A DNA stretch of 20,000 bases from an uncultured virus (IMG/VR IMGVR_UViG_3300005253_000382) (Duplodnaviria; Heunggongvirae; Uroviricota; Caudoviricetes): IMG/VR virus record IMGVR_UViG_3300005253_000382, positions 46,102 to 66,101 of that record; one strand, given 5' to 3'. Of the stretch, positions 16,988 to 20,000 are shown one piece after another (position 1 is the first letter of the stretch; each line of letters opens with the position of its first letter). The position numbers were made by a program, and so were the translations under genes. The notes beneath the pieces were generated by a model. The model did not search any database. It was given only the letters and a program-made list of their open reading frames with translations, and was not told the DNA's origin.

Positions 16988-17071
16988 CTTGCTGGCTGGT
17001 TTTATTTAGGCTCTAAGCCAAAGGATTCTCAATAAAGCGGTATATCCTCTTTCATTACCGCCACCAGCAAG
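16988..17071 (-). ncRNA. Candidate 84-nt structured cis-RNA (multi-stem, possible pseudoknot), family not recognised
   Basis: Closing stem CTTGCTGG/CCAGCAAG; inner stems GCGGTA/TACCGC and GGCT/AGCC; loop AGGAT is complementary to the downstream ATCCT. Confidence 0.5.
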
Positions 17072-17089
17072 TTATTCTATTGTTAATGT

Positions 17090-17200
17090 TCAGTCTAACT
17101 TCGTGTCGTGCTTGATAGGACTTACCATAACAGGTTGCCCATCCTTCACAACAACCTCAACCTTGCCCCATCCGAACTCTTTACAGTATTCTAAAGTAAA
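17090..17200 (-). pseudogene. DUF2292 (YezD/OscA)-like mini reading frame lacking a canonical in-frame start
   Basis: Reads FTLEYCKEFGWGKVEVVVKDGQPVMVSPIKHDTKLD*, resembling the DUF2292 pattern 'FGSVEIVVHDG.V..I.....K..L'. An in-frame TGA at 17201-17203 precedes it. Confidence 0.55.
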
Positions 17201-17223
17201 TCACAATCATTTTTACTTGTCAA
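17195..17223 (-). promoter_or_regulatory. Possible sigma70-type promoter
   Basis: Perfect TTGACA (17223-17218), 17-nt spacer ending in TGn, then TTTACT (4/6 to TATAAT but missing the -11 A). Confidence 0.3.
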
Positions 17224-20000
17224 GTTCTTGTAACTCTCTTCTCTTTCTTTCTAGTTCCCCAAGTGATGAAGGCGTACCTTTTCTTTTAGGCGCTACTCTT
17301 GCTCTTGGCTTGCCATTTCTCTCCTCAAATGGCTTCCACTTACCTAATCTAACGCCCTCAGCGTCGAATTTAAGGTCATTACCCCTAAAAGCATACCTAG
17401 CAGCACCTAACTCCTGTTTCTCATACTCAACGAGCTTCTCTTCAAATTCTACAGTAGGTATTTTATCGAAGTCTATTTCCTGATTACCCAGTATACCTAG
17501 CCAGACATTATTATAATAATCCTCATTATCTCTCAGAAGTCTCTCTTGGTCAAAACCCGTTCTCGGTAATGAATAATATTGCAGGTATGTTCCTTCAAGA
17601 TTCTCCGGAACCCCTATTTCGATAGCCTGAATCAATCTCTCATCCTTTACCCATTGGGGATGAGTTAAGTCAAAAGCCTCACGTTCTTCGTCAGTCTCCA
17701 GTGCTTCCCTTTGCTCACTTAATTCTCTACCTTTAACTTTTAATTCCAACCGTCTAACAGAATCGTCTATTTCATCTAAACCACGCCATTCTCGGTATTT
17801 GGCATCCTTAGCTAGAATAAGGCGAGCCTCAGCACTGTTGGCACCAAACTCCTTAACGGCATCAAGGTAATTAGTGTGAGATACCTCTGAACCTTTGGGT
17901 GGTAAGGAGAACTCAGCCAACCCCTTCAGTGGAATCCCCAAAGTTTTTATCATTTGCTGAGCTATATCGTAGGCTTCCTCAGTTAATATATTAGCATTGC
18001 CCCAAATAGCCAACCTGGCATTATCTTCAGGATTCAATTTCAACCACTCATCTCCAGGGTCTTCCTTTAATTCAGGGTGCCCCTCCAGGAAAAGTTCCTG
18101 CTCTTCACCGCTAAGTTTATGATAATCTCTCAAAGCCGAGATTTGAGCAGGAGTTAAGTTGCCTTGATGTGCATTGGGGAACCTTTTGTCGAAAGTTCTT
18201 AATTCTCCAGGGTCTGTAATTAACAAACGCTCTTGCCATTGAGTAATAAAGTCCTCAAAGGTAAATCCTTTCTTAGGGTCATTATTTATCTTTGTTAAAG
18301 GAATGCTGGGGAATGTATCGTGAACTTCCAAGCTAGCTTCCTTTTCATACCAAGCAGGGACAGTCTTGGGTATCTTCTTACCTTCTAAATCAGCAAGTGT
18401 TATCCCTCTTAGGGTATCCGAATACTCCCTATTCAAATCGGTCATATTGTAAATATCGGGCTTCTCACGAGCTAATAAAGGTACGTCATTGAGAGTATCA
18501 CCCAGTTGGTTGCTAGCATCAAAGAGTTGCTTTTCTATAACAATCGGCTCCTCAGCAGGGAATAAGGCCAAGGCTCTCTTAACGACACCAACCTTTAATC
18601 TGTCCATCTCGTCTATTTTCTCTCGTTTCTCTTCAGGAGACATAGTAGTTGATTTGAATACCGCATCCTGTTTCTTTCTTATTTCAGATAAATCCCTGGC
18701 TACACTACGGAGGTATCTGGCTGAAGCAGAGTAAGCTATCTCCTTGTCAAAGTCGTGAAAGAATAAAAGTTCGGGGTGTTTCGCTTTCAATTCATCGAAT
18801 TTGATTATATCTCCAGTCTTAAGGAATTCCTTTAAGGCCTTCTCATTCTTCTGATATTCCTCTAATTTCTCATAGAACTTATTAACACTCTCATTCTGAG
18901 AACCAAATGGATTACGAACCACAAACGCCTTCAGAACAGGAATGTCTGCTAATGTTTTAGAGGGTTCTATTATCTTGGAGCTTATTCCTGTTCCCTCTAA
19001 AACAAGATCCAATATATTTACAGCATACCTACCTAACCCACCTGTCCATTGTTGTACTAAGTTATCAATCTTAGCAGGTGAGACATTGATTAACTTCCCT
19101 ACTTCTTTAGATACAGTCGTGGTATATCTGGTGTACTGTAATTCCGGGGGCAAGTTCTGCCGGCTTCTCGGGACTATTTCTCTACCTCTAAAGAAGTTAA
19201 AGTTCGCTAGATTCTCAATTATAGGAAGGATAGCCTGCGGGATAAAACCTGGACTCCCAGCTTCTACGGCACTCTCCAAAACACCTTCCAATAACTTGGG
19301 GTCACGTTTATCAAGAAACTCCAAAAATCTCTCAGGAGCGGACCCGAATACAATCCCTAGTTCAAAGGGTTTGGGTATTCTGAAGATGGTGTCTTCGGTC
19401 ATCACAATCCAGAATAAATCCTTCTGCCATTGTGGGATTTCGTCCCATCTTGGATCATCACGGTTAGCCAGATAAAGTAGGATAGAAGGTAATGTTATTC
19501 CTACAAAAACCTTGAGGGATGTTCTTGTGGGATGCGTCCTAAACTCAGTAATCATCTTATCCCAACCCCGTATGTTCGCATTAAAGAACGGGATATATCT
19601 GTTCAAAGCATGAGCCGTTGCTCCTGCCTTTGCAAAGTCTAGCGTAACCTCTCTTGCTGATATTCCAGCCTCCAAAGGTGTAGCTCCTCTAGCAATTCCT
19701 TTCTTGAACTCACCTAACCTTGTTGCCCTTTCGCTAAACTCACTAAGTAACCTTAACACTTCGATAGGATTTTTAACAAAATCCGTGAGCTTTTTCCCCT
19801 CTGTTATTTCCTTAAATGACTTCTGGAGGTACTCTCTGTCTAAAGAAACCATCATGGCGTGTTCAGCACCCGAACTCCTAAATAACTGATAGTCAGCATC
19901 CTTTTTCACAGCACCAGCCATTCCTTTCAGGAAGTCTACACCTGGCAGGAATAGGTAATTTGAAAAGGAAAAAGCGGTCATTTGGTCACGAACAGGATTT
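17213..20000 (-). CDS. Large LPD38-domain (large polyvalent) phage protein, 5' end beyond the window
   Basis: 'YLANRDDPRWDEIPQWQKDLFWIV...FRIPKPFELGIVFGSAPER', 'VTLDFAKAG', 'YIPFFNANIRG', 'SPAKIDNLV...TGGLG' are LPD38-like. The frame stays open upstream of Met 19981 (...NPVRDQM). Confidence 0.85.
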   Translation of the reverse strand, partial: NPVRDQMTAFSFSNYLFLPGVDFLKGMAGAVKKDADYQLFRSSGAEHAMMVSLDREYLQKSFKEITEGKKLTDFVKNPIEVLRLLSEFSERATRLGEFKKGIARGATPLEAGISAREVTLDFAKAGATAHALNRYIPFFNANIRGWDKMITEFRTHPTRTSLKVFVGITLPSILLYLANRDDPRWDEIPQWQKDLFWIVMTEDTIFRIPKPFELGIVFGSAPERFLEFLDKRDPKLLEGVLESAVEAGSPGFIPQAILPIIENLANFNFFRGREIVPRSRQNLPPELQYTRYTTTVSKEVGKLINVSPAKIDNLVQQWTGGLGRYAVNILDLVLEGTGISSKIIEPSKTLADIPVLKAFVVRNPFGSQNESVNKFYEKLEEYQKNEKALKEFLKTGDIIKFDELKAKHPELLFFHDFDKEIAYSASARYLRSVARDLSEIRKKQDAVFKSTTMSPEEKREKIDEMDRLKVGVVKRALALFPAEEPIVIEKQLFDASNQLGDTLNDVPLLAREKPDIYNMTDLNREYSDTLRGITLADLEGKKIPKTVPAWYEKEASLEVHDTFPSIPLTKINNDPKKGFTFEDFITQWQERLLITDPGELRTFDKRFPNAHQGNLTPAQISALRDYHKLSGEEQELFLEGHPELKEDPGDEWLKLNPEDNARLAIWGNANILTEEAYDIAQQMIKTLGIPLKGLAEFSLPPKGSEVSHTNYLDAVKEFGANSAEARLILAKDAKYREWRGLDEIDDSVRRLELKVKGRELSEQREALETDEEREAFDLTHPQWVKDERLIQAIEIGVPENLEGTYLQYYSLPRTGFDQERLLRDNEDYYNNVWLGILGNQEIDFDKIPTVEFEEKLVEYEKQELGAARYAFRGNDLKFDAEGVRLGKWKPFEERNGKPRARVAPKRKGTPSSLGELERKRRELQELDK

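Noticed and set aside
16992..17068. tRNA-like appearance (GCTGGT...ACCAGCCA)
   Set aside because: No T-loop TTC motif, D-loop or anticodon arm geometry; kept only as a generic structured RNA candidate.
679..19889. All plus-strand ORFs in the track (e.g. 9597..10094, 17103..17483, 18942..19475)
   Set aside because: They are antisense shadows of well-supported minus-strand genes or of the control region, with no recognisable motifs.
1..20000. CRISPR array, diversity-generating retroelement or stop-codon reassignment
   Set aside because: No spaced repeats, reverse transcriptase or template/variable repeat pair were seen, and TAA, TAG and TGA all end tightly packed genes under the standard code.

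Overview
A 20-kb segment of a tailed dsDNA phage or prophage from what looks like a metagenomic assembly. All credible genes lie on the minus strand in one tightly packed late (morphogenesis) operon. In transcription order (right to left) it carries: a large LPD38-domain protein cut by the window edge; a ~300-bp control region with a DUF2292/OscA-like mini reading frame, a structured RNA candidate and a strong intrinsic terminator; scaffold, major capsid protein and an Ala/Thr/Gly-rich decoration-like protein; a GT2 glycosyltransferase, HNH endonuclease and B12-type radical SAM enzyme; small hypothetical and Zn-finger genes; two virion-like proteins, one with a LamG domain; a SPASM-type radical SAM, HddA-like GHMP sugar kinase, cupin, second B12-type radical SAM and a split, shortened ThDP E1 alpha/beta pair; two tiny basic peptides; and three virion/tail-like proteins. 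The main points of interest are (1) an eight-enzyme sugar-building and tailoring set interleaved with capsid genes, a candidate virion glycosylation pathway for a branched or methylated sugar, (2) a candidate antitermination/RNA switch directly upstream of the head genes, (3) a tail-like gene that appears to start at ATT, and (4) relics of duplicated gene starts. A scaffold gap with a Nextera adapter remnant (9820-9878) is an artefact. Family calls come from motif recognition only; no database search was run.
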